NCBI GenBank assembly: GCA_000708835.1 | Contig: DF237019.1 | Coordinates: 1 to 64,000 of the forward strand | Reading direction: 5' to 3' | DNA from: Klebsormidium nitens | Lineage: Eukaryota; Plantae; Klebsormidiophyceae | Length of the DNA stretch: 64,000 bases | Shown here: piece after piece, positions 23,081 to 35,705 of the stretch | Layout of the letters: the number at the start of each line of letters is the position of its first letter | Position numbering within the stretch: position 1 is the first letter of the stretch | The notes under the pieces: generated by a model | Told to the model about the DNA's origin: nothing | What the model saw: the letters and a program-made list of their open reading frames with translations, nothing else | Database searches by the model: none | Program-made: the position numbers and the translations under genes

Positions 23081-24885
23081 AGCGCCACGTGGCAGCATGT
23101 CCGCTGTTTCACCTACGTGGTCTGAGATCATGATCAGGAGAAGAGTTTTTGTGAGCTGCCTTGATATTTATGACGGAAGTCTGGTGACTCCGACGCTTTT
23201 GACGAAGGTGACGAAAACAAATGACCAACACGGGAGTTAACGACTTGGACTGAGCAGGGGAAGGGCGGTTGAAAAGTGCTTCATAAGCAGGAGAAAGCTT
23301 CTTGAGACTATTTTGTCAGAAAAGCGTCAGGTGTGTGTGCGTCTTGAGCATTTTTGTAGGCTTACTGAGTAACCGAGGATATACAAACTGTTTGCAATAA
23401 CTGGGAGTCAACCTTCCGCAAACGGTACCTTGAGCTGTCATGCGATGCGCGACACTCATAATCGCACTCATTACACTTTGCCGGCCACTGAGTTGGGTCC
23501 TAGAGATGGCATGGATGGATGCATCCAAGCTCTCTGATCAGTCGCACGTTCGAAGGACATTTCTCTTAAAGCCCGTGCGTATCAAAGACATGGGGCGATC
23601 CGCGGGCAGGCTGCTTTTGGAGACTAATTACGAGTCTAAATTTGTGTGACTGCATGATCATCCAAGGGTGGTTGCAATATACGTCATCAGCGCTTACTCG
23701 GCTTTCATCGGACTCACTCCTACCAGAGTTACCAGTAGTCTGCGCTCACGGTCTCGCGGCCGCACCCCGTACAAATGCTTTGACCTTCGACAGATTCGAC
23801 GATTCTATCCTTGGCTAAACCCCCGAGTTGGCGGCACGTACAAGAAATGAATTGAATCATATGAATGCAGCACAACCAGCTCATGCTTAATGATGAAAGT
23901 TAGCTGCCCAGTCCTCAAAATGACGCTTTAGCGGTGCAAACACAAGTACTTGGGAAAGCAGCGACCGTCCCACCATGTAAGTACGTGGCCAACCTGGCCC
24001 AAGCTCAACGAACTGACATCTACTATCTCTAGATACTAAGCCTGTCAAAGGTTGTGTTTGGTGAAATGGTCGAATCACTCTGATCAAGGCTGGGACAATG
24101 ATGTCTATGGCATATGTCTGTAAGTTACGTACATCAGTGAAGTGAGATTGAAATTTGATCGCAAAAGACATATGCATGCCGCAAACTTCGAGAAGCACAC
24201 CGTCTGCGGCCAAACATATTGCGCATATACATGTCTGCTCGGTATGTGTGTGGAATGATTGGTATAAATGCAGGTGCACCTGCGCATGCATCACGGATGC
24301 TTCTCATTCTGATCGTCGGTGTTGCCAGTTGGTGTTCAATCACGTCGCGCAATCATTGAATGCTTTCGGCATCAGTGAGCGCGTTTAAGAGCTGAGATTG
24401 TTCGGGTTTGTTGGATACGTGACGGTTCAACTTGGGTCCGGTCGACCGCGTCACAAACATGCGAACGCCAGACCCAGATTTTTTCACCTCGCTATCACCT
24501 GTAAGTTAAAGAGCCTTGTATAATCTCCACTTAATGGACTCAAGTCCTAGCTAAAAGTCGTGTGGTGATCTCGTTTGCGCGCAGAATTGTTATTTACAAG
24601 CTTATCCTAAACAGGCATGTTACTCAGGCGGTCGACTAGTAGAAGCAACTCAACAAACCTGACTCTAGCTGTTCAAAACCACTGAGAGCTTGCTAGCTGT
24701 GTACCTACACTGTTCAATCCATCCACCCTCGATGCGTTCTCATTTGCATCAAAACGTCCGTCGAATCCTCGCACCCATTTTCAGCTGGCTGTCTGTCCTG
24801 ACAGTGACTCGTCTGATTCCCTACGACTTTCATACCATAGCGTATGCACGCCGCGAGATGCCAAGATAGCTCATCCCCCTAGCTC

Positions 24886-27800
24886 TTAATAGAGCACGTC
24901 CGCCTTCGCCACGTCCTCGTCAAACTGCCGCCGGTTGCGCCACATAAGTATACTCTGCAGCATGCCCCACGCCGCCATAGCCAATGCGACTAGCAGCAAT
25001 ACGCGCTCGTCGGCTCTCACGACTTGCAGCAAACTCGGGAGAAAACCCGACGCCCCCACGCCGAGCGAATATATCGCCTGTACAAACCCAAAATATTCCG
25101 CCTTGCTGCTCCCCGACAACACGTACGTATTGTATATGCTGACGTAATACGCGCTGACGGTCATCGTGCTGATGACGACGGCCGACGTCACGGCGGACAG
25201 GGGCAGGAACTGGAGGAGCGTTCCGCCCATGAAGAGGGCGGAAGCGAGCGGGTAAACGGAACCGTAGTAGACGGCCGGATGGAGGTGCATTATCCCCAGG
25301 AAATAAGCGGCCCCCCCGATTAGGTACATGATCTGGAGTATGACTGTCTGAACTAGAATGAAGTCGACGGTCCCGTGGCATAACCCGTGGTCGGTTTGCA
25401 CCAGGGTCGCCCGCGTGAGAGCAACCGGGCCGTCGAACATATACTGCAAGCAAACAAGGAAAAAGGTGAGAAAGCCATCGAATAAAATCCATGTAAGTGC
25501 CCGGTTGAGGCAGCCGGCATCAGAAACTTACTGCAAAATCAGTACGAGGGAGATGAGGATAGGGACCGGGCATCAGAATGGTCAATGCCCTACGCCTTTC
25601 TGTCTTCCTCCTGTCAGGTCGAGCAAAATTAAATGCTCAGTGCACGAAACTAAGATTCCGAGGAAGAGGAGAACGTGACTATCTCAAAATCGGGTGATCT
25701 TTCTACAGGGGTTGCGCCTCAAGTCAAGCAGCTACTGTTCCCTGCCAGTTCGTACTCCGGGCCAAACAACTCCGTTACAATGTTTGGGACCCAAGGCTCG
25801 TCTCAGAACCAAAACGATTTCACAAATTGCAAAGAACAACACAGGAGAAACTGTCTTAATATTTTGCGCCTCACCTCAAAGCAGCTACTGACCATGCTCA
25901 GCATGACGCAGTTCGTCAGTATACTCGAGGAGAAGAAGTAGCTCAGCCGCGTGCTGAGCCACCCCCAAACCTCCTTTAACCCGTGCCTAACCCCTCTGAA
26001 ACCCCCCTTAACCGGCTGCATAACCGGCAGGTTTAGCTCCCCGTCCTCCTGGGTGGTGTGAATGAGCCGGCCGTGGGACACCCACAGCGAGACGGCCAGT
26101 GTGAATACGGTCCCGCTGATGAAGAGAACCGCCGAGTAGAGGATCCACGTCACCAGTCCGTAGTTTCCGAACCAGACGCCCGCGATAAGCGCAGCAACTA
26201 GAACGGCGATCTCGTAGGTTTCGGTGGCGAGGTCGCCGAGCGTGCCGATGCGGTTGAGGACTTGTTCGTGGACCAGGATGTTGCTGCCGAACATGCGCTG
26301 GACGTACGTTTTGATGGCCTGCAAACAGGGTTAAGAAGGTGGTTAAGCATTTGGCCAACGTAGAAATCTTTAGAGCGATCACAATGTGTGAGGACCTGTT
26401 CGTGGATCAGAATAATGCTGCCGAACATGCGCTGAACGTACGTCTTGATGGCCTGCGAAAGCGGGTTAAGAGGGTGCTTAAGGGAGCTGGTCATAGGGAA
26501 ACGTTGAAAAAGATCCATATCGCGTGAGGACTTGTTCGTGGACCAGGATGCCGAACATGCGCTGGACGTGAATTTCAATGGTCTGCAAGAGCGGGTTAAA
26601 AGGGTGGTTAAGACTTGGGTTATAGGATACTGGGAACATTCATACTGCGTGAGGACTTCTTCGTGGACCAGAATGTTGCTACAAACATGCTTTGGACGTA
26701 TGTTTCGATGGCCTGCGCAAGCGGGTTAAAGAAGCGGTTCGAGACAGCGGTGAATGCTCTAGTGAGAGTTACACGGAAGAAGTTTTCAACGCTGTTTGAA
26801 CACTCTCCGCTTTGCACCTCACGGGAAGAAGAAAGACAACTCCGATTGTAGATTTCGGTTTCAAAGTGTTGCACGATGAAGGATTCATCGGGAATTGGGG
26901 TTTGAGGCAATACAACTTCTGGAACAGGTGAAATGGAAAAGGAACGTTAACGAAAGAGTAAGGGGTCCGCTACAACTGGATCAAGACCCTCGCGCACGAC
27001 CAGGGACCTCAGTTTTCGTGGCTAAAAGAACGGCGCTTCATAGCCTTCGTCAATACTCTCCCCTTTCGACGGCTGAAGATCGACATTCTTCTTCCCTTCC
27101 AGCCGGCGCTGCTCATCTGCATGTGCCGCATGCACTCGACCAGGTACAGCCACACGGGCGGGCCGCTATCCAGTCAACGGTCGCGATCTAATAAAGGGCA
27201 AGATCAACGGCCGAAAACGCACCTTCCAGCCGGCGCTGCTCATTTGCATGTGCAGCATGCACTTGACCAGGAACAGCCAGACGAGCGGGCCCTCACGAGA
27301 GTCCGAACAAACGGCTGTAACGGGATCGATCGGCGCTATCAGCTAACTTGTCCAATGATGCGGATGGCCGCTCGTTTTGAAAAGGAAGAAACGACTTGAA
27401 AAGGGAGACTATTTATTCAAATTACAAGGAGACCCACCTTCCAGCCGGCGCTGCTCATCTGCATATGCAGCATGCACCTGAGCAGGTGCAGCCACACGAG
27501 CGGGCCGCTATCCAGTCAACGGTCCTGATCTGATCAAGGGCGAGATCAACGGCCGAAAACGCACCTTCCAGCCCGCGCTGCTCATCTGCATGTGCAGCAT
27601 GCACTTGAGCAGGTACAGCCAGACGAGCGGGCCCTTCGGCACCGGCAGCAGGATCATGGCGGCGTAGATGCACGCAAGCGCGCCGGAGCAGAAGACGAGC
27701 AGCGAGACGATGTGGCGGTGCGCGAGGTCGGACCAGACGCCCGTCAGGGGGGACCACCCGAGGTAGGCCAGCGTGTAGCACAGGTACAGCACGCCGAAAT

Positions 27801-29611
27801 ACGCCTGGAAGTCGCACCCGAACCTGGGGAGGGGGGGAAGAAAGACGGTTATGATTTCATTCTAGGTACAGGTAGAGGAGAAGTAGGCCTGGAATCGCAG
27901 CGGATCCTGCCGGGGGGAAAGGGGGAAGTAGATTACTTTTTGTTCAGTGACGTTCTTTGGTAAGTACAGGCAGAGGACGACAAAGTAAGCCTGAGAGGAG
28001 CAGCCGAACCTGCTAGGGGGGAGGGGGAAACATGTTTTGTCCTACGTTTTGAAGTGATATTTTGGTGACCTTAGAGCAAGACCAAGGAAACTGCCACCTG
28101 CAGCTCAAAGACATTTACATGCAAGACGAGCAGGTGGGTCACTGACAGCTGTCCTAAGGTGACAGCTGTGCATCAGAATGCTGATGCGCGTGCTGTTGAA
28201 GGGCGTATTGCCAAGAAAGTAAGAGGGAATCATAGGGAAGAAAGTCTCTGACTCCACAAAACTGCAAACACATCAATGTGTTACCTGAGCTCCTTAACCT
28301 GGTCAAAGATAGGTCAGTCACTTGCGCAGCCGAAGGTCGTAAGTATGCGCGATCCTTAAGATACTTGAGCTGCGTAAGTGCATTCGAGTTGTGGCATCAG
28401 GAGAGGTTGGTACTAAGACCTCCTGACTGTCTTTTCGTACATTCGTACATTCAGGAGACTGGCGTTTGGGGATAGAGGGTGGTCCTAGAATAGAGACAAC
28501 ACACTCCAAAAGCTTCTCAATGAATAGAAGAATTAGAAGCATGTGGGTTAACAGAACCGGTTGGGTTTCTTGAATGGTAATCGTGGTGTCAAGCACATCT
28601 AACTGTGATCGGACAAGAACTTCTGAGGAGCAGAGCTCAGTCACAGGTGAGAGGCGGCGGCAGTCCAGCTGGTTGAAGTGCCCCAGGTTCTTTTAATGTG
28701 GCTAACAAGGCCCGGTTAAGAGCGAACTCAGCTTGCCAGCTGCCTACAAGAGCCAGCATTCTCGCAACGCAACTCCAGTGAAGGCAAAAGGAACTGGGTG
28801 TCGTTGATTTCTAGAAACTCAATGTGAGGAGGAGGTCCAGGCTATTCAAAAAGATCCAGGACTCAGCTCTTCTGATTCTAAAGCATCCAATACTTGGAAA
28901 CGGGATGCATCCAATGTCCACCCTCAGACCTAGGGGCAACAATGGGCTAATGGGCTATTACAACCATCAGCTCAGCCCCTAAGCAGAACTCATGCAATGC
29001 TGACTCACTATGCTGACTCGGTTGGACATAGTTTCTCCAAGCAGCTGAAGATGAAGCACGCCCTGACATCAAGTCGGACACAGCTGCCTACAAGAGCCTA
29101 CAAGGGGCTCTGACTTCTGCCTCTCGGCGACCATACCTGACAACCAACACAAGGTGAACCCAATTGCTTCATAGAAAAAACATCACAACAAGTTTGTGCA
29201 TAGCAACCCAGAAAACATCGACAACTGGAAATCACGATTCCAGGTTGATACTAGACACAATGCTGACAGGTGTCAACCTCACAATCTCATAATGATGCAC
29301 CACACAATGCTGACAGGTGTCGAAGCGAGCCCCATTGGCCAGTGCCCCCACCTGTTGATCAGCAGCATATATGTAAAGTACTTATCCACGTCCAATAGGA
29401 TATCCGCCATCCCCATGATGGTAGACAGCCTCCAGTAGTGCCGCATGCTCAGGTCTTCCACCTTCAGAAACCCAGGGCACTCCCTCCCCCCGAGCAGGGA
29501 GTCCTTTGCAGACTCGTCCGCCATCTGAGCCTTCCCCCCAATCTCAGCCTCGCCGCCTGACTCTGCGTCAGCCTCCTTGCTTGATGAATCGTCTCCCTCA
29601 GGGACAGCCAT
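24886..29611 (-). CDS. multi-pass membrane protein, MFS-like transporter; 4 exons, 523 aa
   Basis: Exons 29611-29301, 27823-27565, 26318-25875 and 25443-24886 total 1572 nt, in frame to TAA. Many hydrophobic segments; WSPLTGVWSDLAHRH resembles the MFS motif-A region. Substrate unknown. Confidence 0.75.
26330..26760 (-). repeat. three decayed copies of the acceptor plus 5' edge of MFS exon 3
   Basis: GCCGAACATGCG anchor at 26286 (exon), 26420, 26550 and ~26680; period ~130 bp. Confidence 0.9.
27090..27560 (-). repeat. three decayed copies of the 3' edge plus donor of MFS exon 2
   Basis: CCTTCCAGCCGGCGCTGCTCATYTGCAT recurs at ~27096, ~27224 and ~27437 versus the exon edge at 27565. Confidence 0.9.
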
Positions 29612-30541
29612 TTTGATTTGAATCGGACCCTGAGCAAGATTGCTCAACTCCCCAGAGAAAATTGGCGGGGCCAGGGTTTGCTTTTGGGGTTCCTTAAAGA
29701 CCCGGAAGCTTCCTGCTAGGGTTTCTCGCGTTCCTTCCGCCTCAGAATGCCCTGCTGCTGACCACCCATGGAGCAAACCCTAATTTTGACTCGAACCCTA
29801 ATTTTGTAAGGATGCGCTTAGCGCGGAAGGTCAGAAAGGATCACTTTGCTAAGGCCTGGGTTGTGCTTTTTTGGCTTTGGCGAGAGCTTGTGAGTGAAGC
29901 AAATGTGCTGCAGCATTCAACGCACCACCGCCCGGAAGAGAGGAAGCAACCCTTCACAATTCTCATGCAATCTCTCATGATGAACATTCAGGACTTCAGC
30001 CTCAGGACTTCGAATAGGACGAAGCAGAATCTGCATCTGCGCATGCAGTGCCTAGCCGCTGGTATCGTGCCGGATGTATCGGACGGCTGAGAAGTCGTCC
30101 TTATGTAGCCATCGGACGAACAGCTGTGAAGGAGTAACGTATCTCAATCTCGTCCAAATTCCACTGGGCAAACATCATAAAGCAGTCCAAAAGTCCGAGT
30201 GGCACGTGGGAATAGTGTCGAACGCTCATTGGTCAGGTTGGGATCCCCTTTTCCGCTCACCCTGGGCCTGAGTCCAAGACCGGAGTCCCAGCAAACCAGC
30301 TGAGCTTGCTTCATATGCGCTGGTTCCGCTTCTGAGAAAGGCCATGCGCTGGTTCCACTCACCATGGCGGGCTGCGGCGTCCCTCTCAACAAAACCAGCT
30401 CAATAGGTGTTATTACTCATTTCCCCTCAAAGCACCCAAGCTCATTTGGCTGCAATAGTGCTTCTGTCGGAGTAATTCAACTGCATTCAGTTGCTTCGGC
30501 CCGTTGCAACGCTGTCGCATTGAGAGATCCTGAAAGGAGCC

Positions 30542-33500
30542 ATGGCGACGTCATGCTCTCTGCTGTCGCTGACATCAGCAGGCGCGCTCGCACCAGCTGC
30601 ATTCTGCCAAGGGGTCCGTCTCCGCCCCCGCGCCGGCAGACAATGCACCCCCCCTCACGCAAACCGCCTGCACAGCAGCGGCAGCAGCTTCTGTGCAGCC
30701 TTCTCGCTCCCCCTCAGCAGGCGTGATGACGTCACGGTGATGTCAGCGACGGCGGACGGCGCCGCACCTCAGCCGAGGAAGGGTGCCAAGGGCCACATTG
30801 ATGAGACGCTCCTTACTCCCCGCTTCTACACCACCAACTTCGACGAGATGGAGCGGCTGTTCAACGAGGAGCTCAACCCGCATCTGAAGCAGGAAGAGTT
30901 TGTGGCAATGCTGCAGGTGGGAGGCTTTGACCATCCGCACCTTTTTCTTCTGCTTAGGGGGGTTGGGGCAAGGGGGTCGTTGTTGTGTTTGCAGGGACCA
31001 TCCTTTTCAGTGTCCTGTGCCCTATTCCGACTTTGCCCTGAAGGGGAACCCTGCAACTGTGCTAGGCGGGGGCGTTGTTGTTCTGTCTCCTTTCTGCGAT
31101 CCCGTTGGGGTGGTCAATTCCTTTTGTGGGGCTGCATTCTGACTCTACAAACCTCCTCTGCTGCCAAACACATTGCTCGCAGCATTCTCCGGTAGCGGCA
31201 ACCAATTGCCAGCCCTCTAGAAGCTAATTTGATGATGTAGGTAGGGCGTCGAAGTCTCCTTGCATTGCGTCGCCTGCCCGACGAACTTTTTCGATTGCAT
31301 CTGCTCGTTTCCAGATGGGGATTCCACTGACCGGCACAGGGAACAGCGCCTCCGGATTCAGTTCCTTTCTTGTCTGTCTTTCAGTTGACTGCCTATCTGA
31401 CACTTAGGGAAAGCAGAGCTCCTAGGCTTCTTCGAACAAGGGCTTTGTAACCAGTGATATTGTTTACCTGAGGACGAACCACAACCAGCGGCACAAAGTG
31501 CCGAGTCTGACATGTGAAGAATCCAAAGGAGGGCATGATAAGCTATTCAAACTTAAACCAAGAATGCAAACCACCGTTCAAATATCAATTCTCTCTAGCC
31601 AGATTACGGAGACCAGCTACAAGCAAATTCACTCAGTCTTAACCCCAAAAAATAAACCCGATCTTCTCTCACCCCCAGGAGATGGCGGCCGACTACAACC
31701 AGCGTCACTTTGTGCGCGGCGCCGAGTTCCGGTCTGCCGCCGAAAAGCTCCAGGGAGCGACGCGCAAATTCTTCGTCGAGTTCCTCGAGCGCAGCTGCAC
31801 GGCTGAGTTCTCGGGCTTCCTGCTCTTCAAGGAATTGGGGCGGAGGCTAAAGGTAAGGTTCTGATTTCTGCTACCAATTCCTAGCCTTTCGTCCCGCTTG
31901 TCTGTGAAATGGAGTAGGTTGTTTTCGAGTTCTTTTGCTGGGTTTCTTGAGGGCAGCTGCAATGCTGATTTCTCGGGAATTCTTACTATTGGAAGAAGTG
32001 GGCGCACGCACAAGGACCGTTTTCGGGGAGAGTCGAAAGGCTATCTAATGGACGCCGTTTGGTATGCAGTCTGTGTCATCCCATTGTCTGGCAAAGTCAG
32101 CTCTTTCGTACTTCCAACAATTGCAACCCTCCCAGTCCCGGAAGCTGAGTCTATTTCCACCCCAGCGAGGCTCGCATTCTGCGGATTCTCAGCATCGACA
32201 AATCTGTCTCTCGTTGCAGAAAACCAATCCGGTGATTGCTGAGATCTTCACCCTGATGTCCCGGGACGAGGCTCGGCATGCCGGGTAGGCTTCCCCCTCC
32301 CGCCGCCTCTGAGAGAACAAGGCAAAAGCGGTATGCAGAACTTGGCCTCGTAGGATCACCGTTTATCACCGACTTTGTGTATCCTCCTTATGCCGTTTCT
32401 TCTGTGTGATGGAAACATCACTGGCTTCCTGAAAAGGGGCACAGGGGAGACCTACGTAAGAACAGGCCCCGGAAGTGACGTTAGCCACCGCATCACAGAG
32501 CATCCGCGCATAGTATCACCACTTTATCCGGCTTCGACGTTCATATGGCTTACACCAGAGATTCCAAGTACGTCCTAGAGCCTCTCAAAAACGAGTTCGG
32601 GGTTCCAAACCAAAGCGTCAGTCTCCGCATTCCGATGCTGCTTTTTAGCAACGCCCTCATCGAAATTTGTGTTGCTAGACCTAGGCCTTGGCTGACCAAG
32701 AACCGCAGCTACCCATTTGCAAATCTCCTCATTTGACCTCGAAGGTTCAACATAAACCGTTCTTCTCCCCAGCTCCCCGTGCAGCGTTTGAACAAGGCCC
32801 TCACAGACTTTCCATTTTTTCCTCGAATGTGCTCCCTCACCGAGAGCCGCAAGTATAGGCTTTACAGATTCCCTTTTTGACAAAGTTGGGGGTCTGACTG
32901 ATCCAGGCCGTTCTTCTTCCCAACTGCGATGCAGCTTCTTAAACAAGGCCCTCACCGACTTTGGTCTCGCTCGACCTGGGCTCTCTCACAGGAACCGCAA
33001 GTACACGTTTTTCAAACCAATCAAAACATTCCGAAGTGAACAACGTCCCTCCGAGGATCACATTCAACGCGGCTTTCCTTCTACCGTTCGTAGATTCCTA
33101 AACAAGGCCCTGACCGACTTTGACCCTTCGCTCGACCTCGGCTTCCTAACCAAGAACCGCAAGTACTTGTCCTTTAAACCAGTCACGATAGTACGATTAA
33201 AGATTGTTCCTGCGAGGGTTACAACTTAACCCACTACTTTCCCCCGTCTCCAGATTTCTAAACAAGGCCCTGACAGACTTTGACCTCTCGCTCGACCTGG
33301 GCTTTCTCTGTAAGAACGGCAAGTAAACACTCTTCTAACCAGTCACAATACTGCGAGTAAAGATTGTTCCTGCGGGGGTTACATCTTAACCCAGTACTTT
33401 CCCCAATTTCAGATTCCTGAACAAGGCCCTCACCGACTTCGACCTGGGCTTCCTCACCATGCAAGAACCGCAAGTACACGTTCTTCAAGGTAGTCACAAC

Positions 33501-35705
33501 ATATTGTGAGAAAGACAACGTTTCCCGAGGGTCACATTTAAACCCGATATCGTCCCCCCTAATCAGATTCCTAAACAAGGCCCTCACCAACTTTAACCTC
33601 TCGCTCGACCTCGTTTTCCTCACCAAAATCCGCAAGTACGCGTTCTTCAAAACCGTTCATAACGATTTGGGGGGTCTAAACCAGACCTATCTTCACATGC
33701 AGATTTTTAAACAAGGCCCTCACCGACTTTGACCTCTCGCTCGACCTGGGTTTTCTCACCAAAAACCGCAAGTATACGTTCTTCAAGCCCAAGTACATTT
33801 TGTACGCGACTTACCTCTCCGAGAAGATCGGCTACTGGCGCTACATCACGATCTACCGGTTTCTCAAGGACCACCCCGACCGCGTGCTGTACCCCATTTT
33901 TGGAAAGTTTGAGGCCTGGTGTCAGGACGAGAACCGGCACGGGGACTTTCTGGCGGCGGTGCTGAAGAGCACGCCGCAAGATTTGAAGGACTGGCGGGCC
34001 AAGCTGTGGTCGCGATTCTTCTGTCTTACGGTAAGGAAAAAGAGGAGAAAAAAGGACGCAAGTCTCGACGAAATAAGCCGTTCTTGACGTCAAGCTCGGG
34101 GGCCGGGTTGGGTTTGCTTGGGCGTTGAGTTGGGTTTCTTTGGAGTTAGAACGTTGGGATGTCCAATACATTCGACCCTGTTGTGGTAGAGCTTAGCAGC
34201 AACAGAATCAAAGATTTCCTCGGAGCGGGATTCCGATGCTTGGGCTTTACAGGTTCTAGAACTTTAGGGTGTCAGGACTTCGATGAAGCACGAGAAGCTG
34301 TTGAGGGTCTGGAAACTCCCAAATTAGTGGAGAAGTTTTGAGAACTGGTATAAAGCCGCCGACTTTCAGACTCTGCAAGGTTTCGAATGGCCGGATCTTT
34401 TAAAAAGCCGGAACGCTGAGAACTGCTTAGGACTCGCGATGAGTCAGATGCTGACCGTCTTTGCGCTATGCTGGGATTTGGACTGAGCGGAGAGTTCCTC
34501 ACGCTGAGATTAAATATTCCCATAGGTTTTGCAACCTTGAAAACTTGTGAGCAAAAATTGTGAGATTTGAGGATCGGGCACATCCGCCCTCGACAGCAGC
34601 CTCTACTAGGATCTGATTGCTGGGGCGCAGTATCCACTTTTTTTCCTAGGGAAACGACCAAAATTGGGAGCGGTGGGCCGACGCAATAGGTCCGAGAAAC
34701 AGAAAACTTAGACACGCACGTGTATAAGTTGTGTCTTTTCAATGGAGAAGCTTTATCCATGTTTCTAGGACCTTGGTGGTTTGGCTGACGGCGCGCTTGA
34801 TCAACGCAGGTGTACGTAACCATGTATCTAAACGACGTTTCGAGGACGACGTTCTACGAGTCAATCGGGTTGAACACGAAGCAGTATGACATGCACGTCA
34901 TCATCGAGGTAAACACGCAAGCCAAAACCTTGATCGACTACTGTTCGTTTTGTTTCCTCAAAGATATTTCGTCGAGTTCTGTTCCTGTTATCGGATCACG
35001 CTGTCTCAGCATCCGATTGTTTTGCTGCCTCGACTTAGTACTATATGAGAAGTTGTTCGAGCACTCCTGTGGTTTTCGATTGTTGGCCGCCAAGGAGGGC
35101 TGCCACTAGTCATTCGCCACGTGGCGCAAGCCCAGTCAGGCTTAGAGTTCAAGATCAATTACCGTTCTAGAAGTTTCTCCGGAAGAGGAGCGCGGGCAAA
35201 GTAGATAAGGCGTGCAAGCCCGAAGACGTATCCAAAGACATGCAGATACAAGAAAACGTCCAGCGGTTTCAAGCGCTTTTGCTGAGAAGGCCTGCTTTTC
35301 TGCCTCTTCTCGAACTCCTCCCTTGTGCCAGAAACAACAGAAAAAAGCTCGAAAATTCGAGCCTGTTCCTCAAAGGCTCTAGTTGTTTGCGTTCCCCTCT
35401 GCTCACCGTGAAGCATTCTTGCATCCCCACCTTATCCGCAGACCAACAAAACAGCGGCCCGCCTCTTCCCCGCCGTATTGGACGTGGAGAATCCAAAATT
35501 CCAAGCTGGGCTCGATAGGTTATGCGACCTCAATACGCGATTGAAGGCCGCCCAGAAAAGCGGCGACCCGAAGTGGCTGCGGAACCTGAAACTCGTTCCG
35601 GTGGTCGCCGGAATCGCAGCGGAAATCCTGGGCCTGTACATGATGCCAGCTGTCGAGGCTGGGTCGACCGATATTGCACCGTTCGAGCCTCAGCTTATGT
35701 ACTAG
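30542..35705 (+). CDS. CHL27: magnesium-protoporphyrin IX monomethyl ester oxidative cyclase, chloroplast; 6 exons, 434 aa
   Basis: Exons 30542-30916, 31679-31852, 32220-32284, 33703-34030, 34810-34908 and 35442-35705 total 1305 nt. Transit-peptide-like N-terminus; [35 protein letters not shown], diiron motifs DEARH and DENRH, and [14 protein letters not shown] are diagnostic of AcsF/CRD1/CHL27. Confidence 0.97.
32630..33700 (+). repeat. array of 7 decayed copies of the acceptor plus 5' part of CHL27 exon 4
   Basis: AACAAGGCCCT anchor at 32791, 32942, 33101, 33261, 33420, 33574 and the exon at 33710, plus a very degenerate copy at ~32647. Period 136-160 bp. Confidence 0.95.

Noticed and set aside
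24419-24454. Hairpin GTGACG...CGTCAC with inner CGGTCGACCG, possible TE terminus
   Set aside because: No matching second terminus found in the window.
32630-33700. Regularly spaced repeats resembling a CRISPR array
   Set aside because: The repeats are degenerate copies of the adjacent exon edge, the spacers are homologous to each other, there are no cas genes, and the context is a eukaryotic intron.
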